NCBI RefSeq assembly: GCF_030684315.1 | Contig: NC_081356.1 | Span: 132,978,933-133,042,932 of the forward strand | DNA from: Stegostoma tigrinum | Taxonomy: Eukaryota | Length of the DNA: 64,000 bases | Direction: 5' to 3' | Shown here: positions 26,730 through 38,568 of the stretch, piece by piece | Layout of the letters: every line of letters starts with the position of its first letter | Numbering within the stretch: position 1 is the first letter of the stretch | Made by a program: the position numbers and the translations under genes | The notes under the pieces: model-generated | Told to the model about the DNA's origin: nothing | Databases searched by the model: none | The model's input: the letters and a program-made list of their open reading frames with translations, nothing else

Positions 26730-28200
26730 GCTATTCTAGAAGGCCATTCAGTCCACTAAGTCTGTTCCACCTTTCAATAAGATCATGGCTGTGAAGATAA
26801 ACCCCATCACAATCTGAGATTATGCCCTCTGTTCTGAAGCTCTCCCAGAAGGGGAAACAACCATTCTGCTTCCTCCTTGGAAGACACCCAAAAAATCTTT
26901 TCTGTTTCAGTAAGGCCACCTCTCATTCTTCTGTATTGTAACAAGAACAGGCTCAATCTTCTCAAACTCGACTCATAAGACAGCCCCTCCACACTTGCCA
27001 TCAAATTAGTTAACCTTCTATGAACTGCCCCCAATGCCAGTTTAAGTATCCTTTGATATGGGACCAAAACTATTCACAGTCTTCTAGCTGTGAGTTAACT
27101 TGTGCCTGGCAAAACTTCACTAATTTTATTTTTGAGTCCCTTTGAAAGAGAGGCCAACATTCAGATAGCCTTCCCTCCTACCTGCTGAGATTGGATGTTT
27201 TTTTGATTCATGAAATTTCTAAATCCCTCTGTTCTATAACTTTCTGCAGCCTTTCTCTTTTTCAATAATATTCAGCTCTTCTATTCTTCCTACCAAAACG
27301 CATAACCTTACATTTTCCACAAGATTTTCCATGTGCCAATTTTTTGCCCTAGCAAAGATCCCTGTGGCAATCCATTTGTTACAGGTCGCTGGCCTGAAAT
27401 CAATGCCCTTATCCCAGCTGTCTGTTTTCTATGAACTAGCCAATCCTCTAACCAAGCTGGTACACTGACACCAGCACCACAGAATCTAATCTTTTTCAGG
27501 AGCTTAATGTATTGCATCTTGTGAAACATCTTCTGAAAATCCAAATATGACATGCACTGATTCCCCTTTATCTATTCAGCTTATTACCACCTCAAAGTAT
27601 TCAAGTAAATTAGTCAAGCAAAATTTCCCCTTCATGAAGACATGCTGACTCTGCTTGACCATATTATCTTTTTCTACATGCTCAATGGTTCCATCCTTAA
27701 CAATTGATGCCAACAGTTTTACAATGACAGACATTAACTTAAATGTGAATGGTTACCTTTTTTTATTATTACCTTTCCCATCAAAACAGAGGTTTTACAT
27801 TAACAGATTTCTAAATGTCTCAGACCTTCACAGAATCAAAAGATTCCAGGAGATTCGTACCTATGCATCCATTATCTCTATGGCCACTTTCTTAATATCT
27901 CAGAATGCATGCCAGCAGTTCCAGGGGTCTACCTGGCCTTTAACTCCATTAGTTTCCCTTGCACTTTTTCTCTCGTTATAGTTATTGTATTTATTTCGTG
28001 ACCTTTTGCCCCTTGAATATGTATTAATAATTTGGGATGCTATTAGCGTCTACTACTGTGAAAACTGCCTGTTGAGAGTTCCCTATTATTATTCCCAGCC
28101 TTATCCTCTGAGAGTCCTATGTTCACTTAGCTTCTTTCTTCCTTTTTATTGAATTAAAGAAGCTGTTTAGCTCGCCACTTTATTACATGCAAGTTTACTC
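26730..28200 (-). mobile_element. Old CR1 LINE
   Basis: YLDFQK, NGLPQGSLLG, RRMRGGLTET fragments. Confidence 0.75.
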
Positions 28201-28869
28201 ATGTAGAGCTAGCAGGGACCAAATCAACAGAATTACCTCCTTTTTGTCAAGCCAACAATTGCACTGGCTGGGTACAAGACAGGTCGAACACCTCCAATCC
28301 CTTATTGGAGGAACACTTTATGGAACTTCAGGTCTTGTTAGCTGAGAATATGTGAAGAGCCATCTCCCTGACTCCCCTTGGCTGGGAATTTCAGAGTGTT
28401 GCTAGCTGCCAATCCTGATTAGTTAAGAGTCAGAGGAGGGTTCCTCATTGCTGAAGATTGAGATATGACATCATTGAAACTTGCAAGATCCTGAGAGGTC
28501 TTGACGGAATAGATGGTGAGAGGATGTGAGAGAAAATGGAAATCACTTCAAGCTAGAATGGAGGTGAAGAGTGTTTCCCAATTTCAGAGGATGATTAATT
28601 TTTAAAGATGGTGCAGAATGGGCTAATTCCTTGCTCGCTTCCCCAACACCCGAAGCAGTGGTCGGTGCTGCAGGAAATCTTAATCTTTAATAGACCTCAA
28701 TCAAACTGTGTTCATGGCACAGGTCACAGTTTGGAGTTAGTGAAGGGTTACATTCACGCTAATATTAGGAATGTTCCCCTTCATGTAGTTGTGTATTCAA
28801 TCATTGGAGTGGATTTCTGGGCAGATTGAAGGAGCGCAGGGTGGAGTGTAGGGCTGGGGAATGAAAAGC

Positions 28870-29636
28870 AGACATGTTTTCTAAACAGTGAGAAAATTCA
28901 TAAGCTGAGATGCAAAGGGATCTGGGAGCGCTAGTCCAGGATTCTCTAAAGGTTAACTTGCAGGTTGAGACCATGATTAAGAAAGCGAATGTAATGTTGT
29001 CACTGATCTCAAGAGGGTTGGAATATAAAACCAGCGATGTGCCTTTGAGAATTTATAAAGCTCTAGTTAGGCCCCATTTAGAATACTGTGTCCAATTTTG
29101 GGCCCCACACCTCAGGAAGGACATACTGGTGCTGGAGCGTGTCCAGCGGAGATTCACATGGATGATCCCTGGAATGGTAGGCCTGACATACGATGAATGG
29201 CTGAGGATCCTGGGATTGTACTCATTAGAGTTTAGAAGTTTGAGGGGAGACCCAATAGAAACTTACAAGATAATGCATGGCTTAGAAAGGGTGGATGCTG
29301 GGAAGTTGTTTCTGTTAGGTAGGGAGACTAGGACCTGTGGGCACAGCCTTAGAATTCGAGGGGGTAAATTTAAAATGGAAATGAGGAGACATTTCCTCAG
29401 CCAGAGAGTGGTGGGCCTGTGGAATTCATTGCCACGGAGTGCAGTAAAAGCCGGGACGTTAAATGCCTTCAAGGCAGATATTGATGATTTCTTGCTCCCG
29501 CAAGGAATTAAGGGCTATGGGGAGAGTGCGGGTAAGTGGAATTGAAATGCCCATCAGCCATGATTAAATGGTGGAGTGGGCTCGATGGGCCGAGTGGCCT
29601 TACTTCCACTCCTATGTCTTATGGTCTTATAGTCTT
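28870..29636 (+). mobile_element. Young CR1 3' fragment
   Basis: ORF 28910-29545 (LVRPHLEYCVQFWAP); (TCTTATGG)n tail; same subfamily as 34067-35680. Confidence 0.93.
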
Positions 29637-29913
29637 ATATTTAGCGAAGGTGGGAGGTCAATTGAGCTCTGATTCAGCGTATTTTCTGCCCCGTATGTAT
29701 CTCATGGCTGATTGAATCAAAACGGGGAGAGGAAGGGATTTTCATCAGGGTGAGTATTGTAGGAGTACATAACAGACTGGTCTAGACCCCTGGGAAAAAT
29801 GAGTTGGGTATTTAATTATTCATTTGGTTGTGAAGTTGAAAGAAATGTAACAAATTAAATTGAGAACTTCTGCACACTGAACTCATCCATTCTGTTGTTT
29901 GTCCTTTACTCAG

Positions 29914-30261
29914 CTTCTAAGGGAAATGTCTCAGTGGTGACTGGGACAGAAGGAGATTCAGTTACTTTACCCTGTATCTTCAGGACCTGGGACTCCCACA
30001 CCCTGACCACTGTTACCTGGATGAGGAAAGAACCCTACCAACACATTGTAACATTTACAGCTCAGTCACAGGGAAATTGGACAATTGTAAATGATGGAAA
30101 TCGGTATGAACTCATTGGGAACCCAGAGGAGGGAAATGCCTCGACCAGGATAAATCAGCTGAGTGTGAATGACAATCACACTTTCCTGTGTCTTGTTGAA
30201 TACACATCAGATCCTAATTTTCAGTATCTGATCCAGAGAGAGACTCGGCTGCGCGTATATG
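29914..30261 (+). CDS. Ig V-set exon VB2
   Basis: CTCAG acceptor, GTAAGA donor, 348 nt phase 1/1; paralog of VB1 (EGDSVTLPCIFRT, VTWMRK, GNRYELIGNPEEGNAS, DNHTFLC). Confidence 0.92.
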
Positions 30262-30280
30262 GTAAGAAATCATTATATAG

Positions 30281-30629
30281 AGGAGGAATTGCTAATGGTA
30301 TTATCATTGGACCGTTAATCCAGAGACCCAGGTAATGTTCTGGGAACCAGGTTTCGAATCCCACCACGGCAGATGGTGGAATTTTAAATCAATAAAATTC
30401 TCAAAGTAAGAGTTTAAAGATGACTATATGACCACTGTTGAAAGTTGTAACAACCCACCTGGTTCACTAATGTCCTTTAGAGAAGCAAACTGCCATTCTA
30501 ACCTGGACTGGCCTATATGTGACTTCAGACCCATAGTGATGTGGTTGATTCTTAACTATTAGGGATGGGGAGAAAGTGCTGGCCAAGCTGACGACACCCT
30601 AATCCTGTACCTGAGTGAATATTAAAAAG
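30281..30629 (+). mobile_element. SacSINE1-like DeuSINE inserted ~20 bp downstream of the VB2 donor
   Basis: tRNA-like head (GGTTTCGAATCCCACC), Deu-like core CTGGTTCACTAATGTCCTTTAG..GGCCTATATGTGACTTCAGACCCA, A-rich tail; absent after VB1. Confidence 0.8.
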
Positions 30630-30714
30630 CCTTCAGTCTGGAGAGGATGTACAGTGAGAGTGGGACAGATTCTGGGAACTTTTGATGATTCAATTTTCCA
30701 GTGAAAGGTCATTG

Positions 30715-31470
30715 AACGACAGTTCGGGCAAATCAGGGCATGATATGTATATTTAACGGTAAGGTCCTGGAGAGCGTTTGCAAACCAAGAGACCTTAGAG
30801 TGCAGGTTCATAGTTCCTTGAGTCACGGGTAGACAGGGTAGTGTAGAAGGCATTTAGTAGCCTTTATTGGGCTGTGTATTGGGTATAGCAGTTAAGAGGT
30901 CATGTTGCACCACACAGGACATTGCTTTGGCCACTTTGGTATACTGCGTGTGGTTCTGGTCTCACTGCTCTCACAAATATATTGTAAAATTTAAAAGTGT
31001 TCAGAAAAGATTTACAAGCATGTTTCCAGGTTTGGAGCATTGAGTTACAGGGAGAGGCCAAATAGGCTGGGGCTATTTTCCCTGGAGCAACGGAAGTTTA
31101 CAAAATAATGAGAGGCATAGATATGGAAAATATTCAAGATTTTTTCTCCGGGTTAAGAGAGTCCAAAACTAGAGGGCACAGGTTTAAGGTGAGTGGGGAA
31201 AGATTTAGAAGTGACCTAAGGGGCAATGTGTTCTTGCAGATGATGGATTGTGTATGGAATGAACTGCCAGCGTAAGTTGCGGAGGCTGGTATAATTACAA
31301 CATTTAAAAGGTCTCTGGATGCGTATATAATTAGGAAAGGTTTAGATGGATATGGCCCAAATTCTGGAAAATGGGACTAGATTAATTTAGAATATCTGGT
31401 TGGCATGGAAAAGTTGGACTGAAAGGTCTGTTTTCATGCTGCACATTTCTATGACTCTATAACACTATAA
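30715..31470 (+). mobile_element. Old CR1 3' fragment
   Basis: Degenerate CR1 C-terminal coding sequence and (CTCTATGA)-like tail; absent in the VB1 intron. Confidence 0.75.
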
Positions 31471-31685
31471 CTAAAATGTTAACCCTTGTTTCTTTCCATA
31501 GGTGTTGTCTGGCCTGCTGAGTGTTTGCAGCATTTTGATGTTTATTTCAAATTTCCAGCATCAGCAGTATTTTGGTTTTGTTTCAAATTTGATTTTTTAA
31601 AATATTTGATATAATTTGATGTGCTCATCCTTTTGGCTGCATTCTGATGTTAGTGTTGAAAGTCATTCACACACTCAGAAAATTG

Positions 31686-31798
31686 TCTAGGCCCGAAACG
31701 TCAGCTTTTGTGCTCCTGAGATGCTGCTTGGCCTGCTGTGTTCATCCAGACTCACATTTTATTATCTTGGAATCTCCAGCATCTGCAGTTCCCATTAT
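31686..31798 (+). mobile_element. PLE family-1 tail, 5'-truncated inside HHR helix II
   Basis: Begins TCTAGGCCCGAAACGTCAG; TSD CTCAGAA(A/C)ATT; empty site at ~14917. Confidence 0.85.
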
Positions 31799-32657
31799 CT
31801 CAGAACATTCAGTTCAGTTTCCAAAAAACCCAAAGTAATACTGACATTGAGTTCACCTTCTCCAGCAGAAAGGTTCAACAGTCTAGAGTGTCCCTTTTGG
31901 TTCCAATGAAAGTGTTCACACCTTCATCAGTAATAGCTCCATCAGTGCAAGTATATTCCCCCAGTGTCCATCTGCCTGTGTGAGGCATCACAGCCATGTG
32001 GGACCTACCCCAGCCCCGCATTCACACATGAGTTTTAAAGGAAGTGGTGATATATAGCTATTGTCACTGGGTAAATAATCCAGACACCAAATTCTATAGA
32101 AATGAGTTCAAATCCCACCACAGGAGAAGGTGAAATTTTAAAGAAATGTTTTAAAAATCAGGAATGTAAATGAAGAGCTAATCTATTGGCCACATGTCAT
32201 CATTATTGTGTTGGTAAAGCCCATTTGATTCACTCGTGCCCTTTAGGGAATGAAATCTCCATCCTCACTGGACCTACCCTACTTGTGTGGTACAGGACAG
32301 GGTCGGATGGCACATTAGCTTTCAATAACAGTGTTCACTGTTTAGGGCCAGGGTGGCGGGTGTGGGCCCTCGCAGTTGTGTTGGGGTCTGGGCAAAGAAC
32401 AGCACAATGTACATTATTTTTGTCCCTAGCCCTGTCGACATCAATCCCACAGCAAGATGGTGGATTGCACACTGTAATGGCTGAGCAAAAGATTTCACCT
32501 GTATTGAAGCTGCTAAATGTCTAAGGTAAAAAATGAAATGAGACGGGCCATCAGATACTAACTGATACAACATAAACAGCATCTGCAAAAATCTCCCTGT
32601 TGCCCCTTGTTCAAACTTGCCACAGTTCTCCAGCAAGGCTTAGTGCAAGCTAGAATA

Positions 32658-32778
32658 TCTCTGATGAAGGGTCTAGGCCCGAAACGTCAGCTTTTGTGCT
32701 CCTGAGATGCTGCTGTGTTCATCCAGCCTCACATTTTATTATCTTGGAATTCTCCAGCATCTGCAGTTCCCATTATCT
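32658..32778 (+). mobile_element. PLE family-1 tail with intact HHR core
   Basis: TSD CTAGAATA (32650-32657/32779-32786). Confidence 0.9.
32659..32690 (+). ncRNA. Minimal type I hammerhead ribozyme motif (family 1)
   Basis: CT-CTGATGA-AGGGTCTAGGCCC-GAAA-CG-TC-AG: conserved boxes, GGG/CCC helix II, palindromic ACGT helix III, GUC site, CT/AG helix I. Confidence 0.8.
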
Positions 32779-33668
32779 CTAGAATAACAGCATCTCATTT
32801 TCCACTTGGCGACACTGCAGCCTTCAGAATTCAATATCACGTTCAGTAATTTTAGACCTGAATATCTTCTTCCATGTCTTTAGTCCCAAAACTACATGCC
32901 AAGCCCAGTCATTACATGAGCTGTTTTCACAGTTATTGTCCACCTTATCAGATTGGCTTTCTGCTACCAGTACCATTATCCATCCCTTTATTTGCCTAAC
33001 TGCCTTTCTCACCTTCTGGGCTCTGTCTCACTCATTTAGTACGCCCACCCCCATCCCCTGTAAACAGCCTAGTGACTGTCAGTTCTGTAGGAGGGTCACA
33101 GGACTCAAAATCTTATCCGTTTCCTGTCGTCAGATGCTGCCAGACCTCACTGAGTTTTTCCAGCAATTTCTGATTTTGTTTCCTTCATGACGACATCTGG
33201 GGTGCAGGAATCCTGAGGAGGAAGAACTTTTGCTAATTCTTCTCTTCCTCAATCTGGGGGAAGCTGGAGAAAATGCTGCTCTTACTGTTTCCCCAGCTAA
33301 GACCAGGTGAGTCAGCACCAGATCGATCCCGGAACTACCCTATGGAACGATTTAAAATATCCATCTAACCTTATACTCTGTGTCACAGAGTTAAGCAGCT
33401 GCCCACTTCAGGAATTGTTCCAATCTGCCTGAAAGAGCAGTGGAAACAGATTCAGTAGTGGGATCTTTCAGAAGACAAGCGTGTAAGTGTTTGGAAAGGA
33501 ACGAATTAAAGGGTTATATGGAAGGACAGGGGAGAGGGATGACCTGGATTACTCCATCAGAGAATGTCCAGTTTGTGCGTTTAATCTCATGCTGTTTAAC
33601 CCTGCTGTATGTTTCACTGCAGCAGCATTAAGATATGACTGACCAAAGTTGTTCTTGCTGTTTTGCAG

Positions 33669-33776
33669 CAAAGAGGACTGAGTCCAACACTGTATATCCG
33701 GTGGTCATCCCATTGCTCATCCTCTTGCTCATCATCATCATTATTGTCATCATCATCATCTTCAGAAAGAAAGGAG
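33669..33776 (+). CDS. Transmembrane exon (AKRTESNTVYPVVIPLLILLLIIIIIVIIIIFRKKG)
   Basis: TTTTGCAG acceptor, phase 1 in frame with VB2, about 21 hydrophobic residues followed by an RKK stop-transfer; GTGGGT donor at 33777 (read-through would stop at TGA 33785-33787). Confidence 0.85.
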
Positions 33777-34066
33777 GTGGGTTCTGATGAGAATGAGGTT
33801 TAATAAAACAATATGGTTCTGTGTTTGAAAAAGCAACAAACAATGAACTTGTTTAAACTTCCCTCACTGACTTTCTCCTCTTCAATTCATTCTCTGCAAA
33901 CAGTGACTTTATCTTTGGAGGGTGATGAAATGTGGATGAATGTGGCCTGGTTCATAGCATCAGCCACTGTCCCATGTCTGACTACTGTTTGAGCTTTCTT
34001 GTGAGTGATTTAACATTGAGACTGTTTCACAAGCAAGGCCGTTCAAACCCATTCTATTGAACTCTG

Positions 34067-35680
34067 ATGGATCAATTAGGTCTAAAAATTGATAAATCTC
34101 CTGGCCCCGATGGGCTACATCCTAGAGTTCTGAGGGAGGTGGCTGAGGAAATAGCGGAGGCTTTGGTTGTGATTTTTCAAAAGTCACTGGGGTCAGGGAA
34201 AGCCCCAGATGATTGGAAAATTGCTGTTGTAAACCCCTTGCTTAAGAAAGGATCAAGACAAAAGATAGAAAATTATAGGCCGATTAGCCTAACCTCGGTT
34301 GTTAGTTAAATTCTAGAATACATTATTAAGGATGAGATTTCTAAATTCTTGGAAGTGCAGAGTCAGATTAGAACAAGTCAGCATGGATTAAGTAGAGGGG
34401 AGGCCATGCCTGACAAACCTGTTAGAATTCTTTGAAGAGGTAACAAGTAGGTTAGTCCAGGGAAACCCAGTGGATGTTATCTATCTAGACTTCCAAAAGG
34501 CCCTAGATAAGGTGCCTAACGGGAGGCTGCTGAGTAAGGTGAGGGCCCATGGTGTTTGACGTGAGCTACTGGCTTGGATTGAGGATTGGCTGTCTGACAG
34601 AAGGCAGAGAGTTGGGGTAAAAGGCTCTTTTTCGCAATGGCAATCAATGACAAGTGGTGTCCCGCAGGATGCAGTGTTGGGGCTGCAGCTGTTCACTTTA
34701 TATATTAATGATCTGGATGAAGAGACTGGGGGCATTCTGGCGAAGTTTGCCAATGATATGAAGATAGGTGAACAGGCAGGCAGTACTGAGGAGGTGGGGA
34801 AGCTGCAGAAATATTTAGACAGTTTAGGAGAGTGGTCCAGGAAATGGCTGATGAAATTCAACGTGAGCAAATGTGAGGTTTTGCACTTTGGAAAAAAGAA
34901 TACAGGCATGGGCTATTTTCTAAACGGTGAGAAAATTCATAAAGTAGAAGTACAAAGGGATCTGGGAGTGTTGGTCCAGGATTCTCTAAAGGTTAACTTG
35001 CAGGTAGAGTCCGTGATTAAGAAAGCGAATGTAATGTTGTCGTTTATCTCGAGAGGGTTGGAATATAAAAGCAGTGATGTGCTTCTGAGACTTTATAAAG
35101 CTCTAGTTAGGCCCCATTTAGAATACTGTCTCCAACTTTGGGCCCCACATCTCAGGAAGGACATACTGGCGTTGGAGCGTGTCCAGCAGAGATTCACATG
35201 GATGATCCCTGGAATGGCAGGTTTAACGTACGATAAATGGCTGAGGATCCAGGGATTGTATTCATTAGAGTTTAGAAGGTCGAGGGGAGATCTAATAGAA
35301 ACTTAAAAGATAATGTATGGCTTAGAAAGGGTGGACGCTGGGAGGTTGTTTCCATTAGGTGTGGAGACTAGGACCCATAGGCACAGCCTTAGAATTAGAG
35401 GGGGTAAACTTAAAATGGAAATGACGAGACATTTCTTCAGCCAGAGAGTGGTGGGCTTGTGGAATTCATTGCCACGGAGTGCAGTGGAGGTCGGGACGTT
35501 AAATGCCTTCAAGGCAGAGATTGATAAATTCTTGATCTCACAAGGAATCAAGGGCTACGGGGAGAGTGCAGGGAAGTGGAGTTGAAATGCCCATCAGCCA
35601 TGATTTAAATGGCGGAGTGGGCTTGATGGGCCGAATGGCTTTACTTCCACTCCTATGTCTTATGGTCTTATGGTCTTAAT
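34067..35680 (+). mobile_element. Young 5'-truncated CR1 LINE
   Basis: KSPGPDGLHPRVL, NYRPISLTSVV, TSGVPQ, LVRPHLEYC; (TCTTATGG)n tail; possible TSD CATTCTATT. Confidence 0.95.
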
Positions 35681-35836
35681 CCTCATTCTATTCCCCATTA
35701 CTGTCAAACTTCATTGCACCAAAATGTCTTTTCATTCACTCCCATTTGACAGAATCCCAACAGACCACACCTTCTCCATTCATTTCCACTCAGTAAGAAT
35801 CTCAATAGAAGCTGCAAATCTGAACAATTGCCTTAT

Positions 35837-36550
35837 TTTTTTTATTGTTAAAATGGATTTGGACACTTTACTGCACGAAGGCAGATAGCCTCTGTAACAG
35901 AGCTGTATCTCGGGGTGAAATGGTAACACAGAGTTCTCTTCAGGCCTGTGTAATTTTCAGGCACTGATCTGCTTGGCATTGCCCTCATAATCCAGCTTTC
36001 CCCTGGCTGATCAAACTGAAAATGCAGGATGTCTCGGGTATAATGTAGAACTCAGAGTCCTGAGTTCCAATATGTCAGCTTGAGAAGTTCAAATTCTCAT
36101 TGTTAACTTCATGGCCTCACCCTGCCTATCTCTATCAGTTGTGTTTTGGCTTCAGACTGCGAAGATTTGAGTACAGGAGCAGGGATGTCTTGTTGTAATT
36201 GTCTTTGGTCTTAATAAGACTACATTTGGAGTATTGAGTGAGGTTTTGGCCTCCTTATTTGAGGAAGGATGTTCTGGTTATTGGGACAGTGTAACAAGGG
36301 TTTCTCAGACTGATTCCTACACTTTCTCTGGTCATTCTCTTATTCCTCACATACCTGTAAAAAGCTTTGGGGTTTCCCTTGATCCTATCTGCCAAGATTT
36401 TCACATGCCCCCTTAAACCCCAGTGCCTGAAAATTACACACGCCTGAAGAGGACTCTGTGTAACCATTCCACCCCTAGATACAGCTCTGTTACTCAGACT
36501 ATCTGCCTTTGTGCAGTAAAGTGTCCAAATCCATTTTAATAATAAAAAAA
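35837..36550. repeat. 130-bp inverted repeat (35837-35966 vs 36421-36550)
   Basis: Hand alignment shows about 10 mismatches in 130 bp with no gaps. Confidence 0.9.
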
Positions 36551-37231
36551 GCCCTCTTAAAACCTTTCTTCAGCTCCTTCCTTGCTGTCTTGTAGCGCTC
36601 TGGAGCCTTTTCCAATCCTTGTTTCCTGAAACTTACATAAGCATCTTTTTTCCTCTTAACCAGTCGTTTGACCTCTCTTGAGAACCATTCACTCGACCGC
36701 AGCTTCCCTGCCTGCTAGGGACAAACATATCGAGCACATACTGTATGCATTCCGTAAACAATCTCCACATTTCTATGATAATAAAGTGTAAAGCTAGATG
36801 AACACAGCAGGCCAAGCAGCATCTCAGAAGTGCTTTTCCCTGACAACATTTTGTTCCTATTTTATGTTACCCCCAGTTCTTGCCTATCAGACTTATAATT
36901 ACCCTTCCCCCAATTATAAACCTTACCATGCTATATGTATCTATCCTTTTCCATGGCTATTGTAAAAGTAAGCCAGTTATGATCGCTACTGCCAAAATGC
37001 TCTCTAACCCTTGTCCAGGAAAAGGGTCTGAAGCAGGGTGCGGACCCGAAACATTAGCTTTCCTCCTCCTCTATTGCTGTTTGGCCTAATCTGTTCATTT
37101 AGCTCTACACCTTGTAACATCATACTTAACCACATTATAATTCAACTGCAAAGCAGTTGAAATGAACTTGTCCAAACTGCACTGAAGTATCTCTATACCC
37201 CCTTCACAGTTCACCGTCTCACCCAGCTTGG

Positions 37232-38221
37232 TGTTGTTAATATTATTTGTTCTAAGTGTGAGTTTTTGTTTTTAAGTTAGTAACATGTGGATTTTCTGTG
37301 TGTCTGAGGTTATTGACTCACTTATCAGTGTTGCTGTAGCCATGGTGATTTCTACTAAGAACAGTTTTTTGGGCCTAGCTTTAGAACTGATGTATTTTTG
37401 TTTATCTTAAATTGTTTTATGGTGCAACAAGACAAATAATGGGCCCTCAATATTTTTGGAGATTTATGCAACTTTGTTTTTTAAAGCCCTAAGTATACAC
37501 AAATAGTTTGGAAAAAGAGTTGTTATGTTTTAGTTTTACTCTGGGGGTTTGAGCAGTGCTGTGAAATCCTTGGATAAATGTGGAGGTATATATCTTTGTT
37601 ACTGAGAAGGGAAGGATACAGTGAACTACGTTACCTCAAAGTGAAAAGTTAGTTTTTGTAACAGAGCAGAAATATTGGGGCAAAACCTTGAAGAGGTTAC
37701 TGAAAACTGAAGTCATTTAAGCTCATCTGTATCATAGTTCCAGGAAGAAGCTATGTGCATTTTCAGTCTACAAGTTTAAATCACAATGGCTTAAATCTAC
37801 TGAAGTGATAGAAACAGGGATTCTGGTATGTGTACAGCACAAGTAGTGTTTTTGGATACAGTACAATGCGCGTTTTTGAGTACTGTACTAGTGAAGAGTT
37901 TTCAGCACGATGAAAAGTCTTCATTTTTTTCCAATTTACAGAAGAGAGTTTTGGTATTAATGGGATGAGACTTGTACATTTTAAAATCTTTGGATTTGTT
38001 TCAGAGGTAGATAGTTTCATTTATTCTATGGTATCTTCATTTTTGTTTCTGAATAAATTTCTGTTTATTGTTGAAGACTTATGTGCACCGTTGTGTGCTT
38101 AACTTTCACAGAGGGACCATTTCATTATAAACAGAAAAAGAATCAAAATATGATTTAGAAATCCAGGTTCTGTTTCTGGGATCTGACTTGTCCAGTAATA
38201 AATTTGGCTGGGATTGTAACA
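37232..38221 (+). mobile_element. Probable solo LTR
   Basis: Starts TGTT, ends GGGATTGTAACA, internal AATAAA (~38052); no coding capacity; TSD not resolved. Confidence 0.45.
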
Positions 38222-38528
38222 GTATTAATAGTTTTCTCTCTTACCTTGTCTTTGCTCTTTGATTAAACACAGCTTCCTACACTTGACCCTTAGTCCACAC
38301 TGATTATTCTAAAACAGTCTAATCTGAATTGGTCAATTACTGATCTTGGATTGAGATATGTTGAACGCTCTTGAGTAAACTGTTCAGGAATCACATAAGA
38401 TTCTATGTGCAATGTGTATATGTTGTTGAGGAGTCATAGCTTTGCTTGAAACACTTCCAGGTGGAAACAATGAAACAAATTAGCTCATAATTCAGCAAAA
38501 CATTTATCAATCTCCTTTGTCTCTTCAG

Positions 38529-38568
38529 GCTTTTCACAGCAAATCGAGCTGACCACATTTTCGAGAAG
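38529..38568 (+). CDS. Candidate small cytoplasmic exon (GFSQQIELTTFSR)
   Basis: Pyrimidine tract + CTTCAG acceptor, open in phase 1, weak GTAGAG donor; no homology support. Confidence 0.3.

Noticed and set aside
10570-30300. V exons as rearranging Ig/TCR V segments
   Set aside because: Each exon includes its own G strand and ends at a splice donor; no heptamer-spacer-nonamer RSS follows. CACAGTG hits (5714, 5782, 23120, 38869, 60301, 60341) lack a nonamer, and two are just a TSD
3916-33776. Assigning the gene symbol SIGLEC15
   Set aside because: No C2-set domain, no TM lysine, duplicated domains and probable multicopy status; orthology is unsupported
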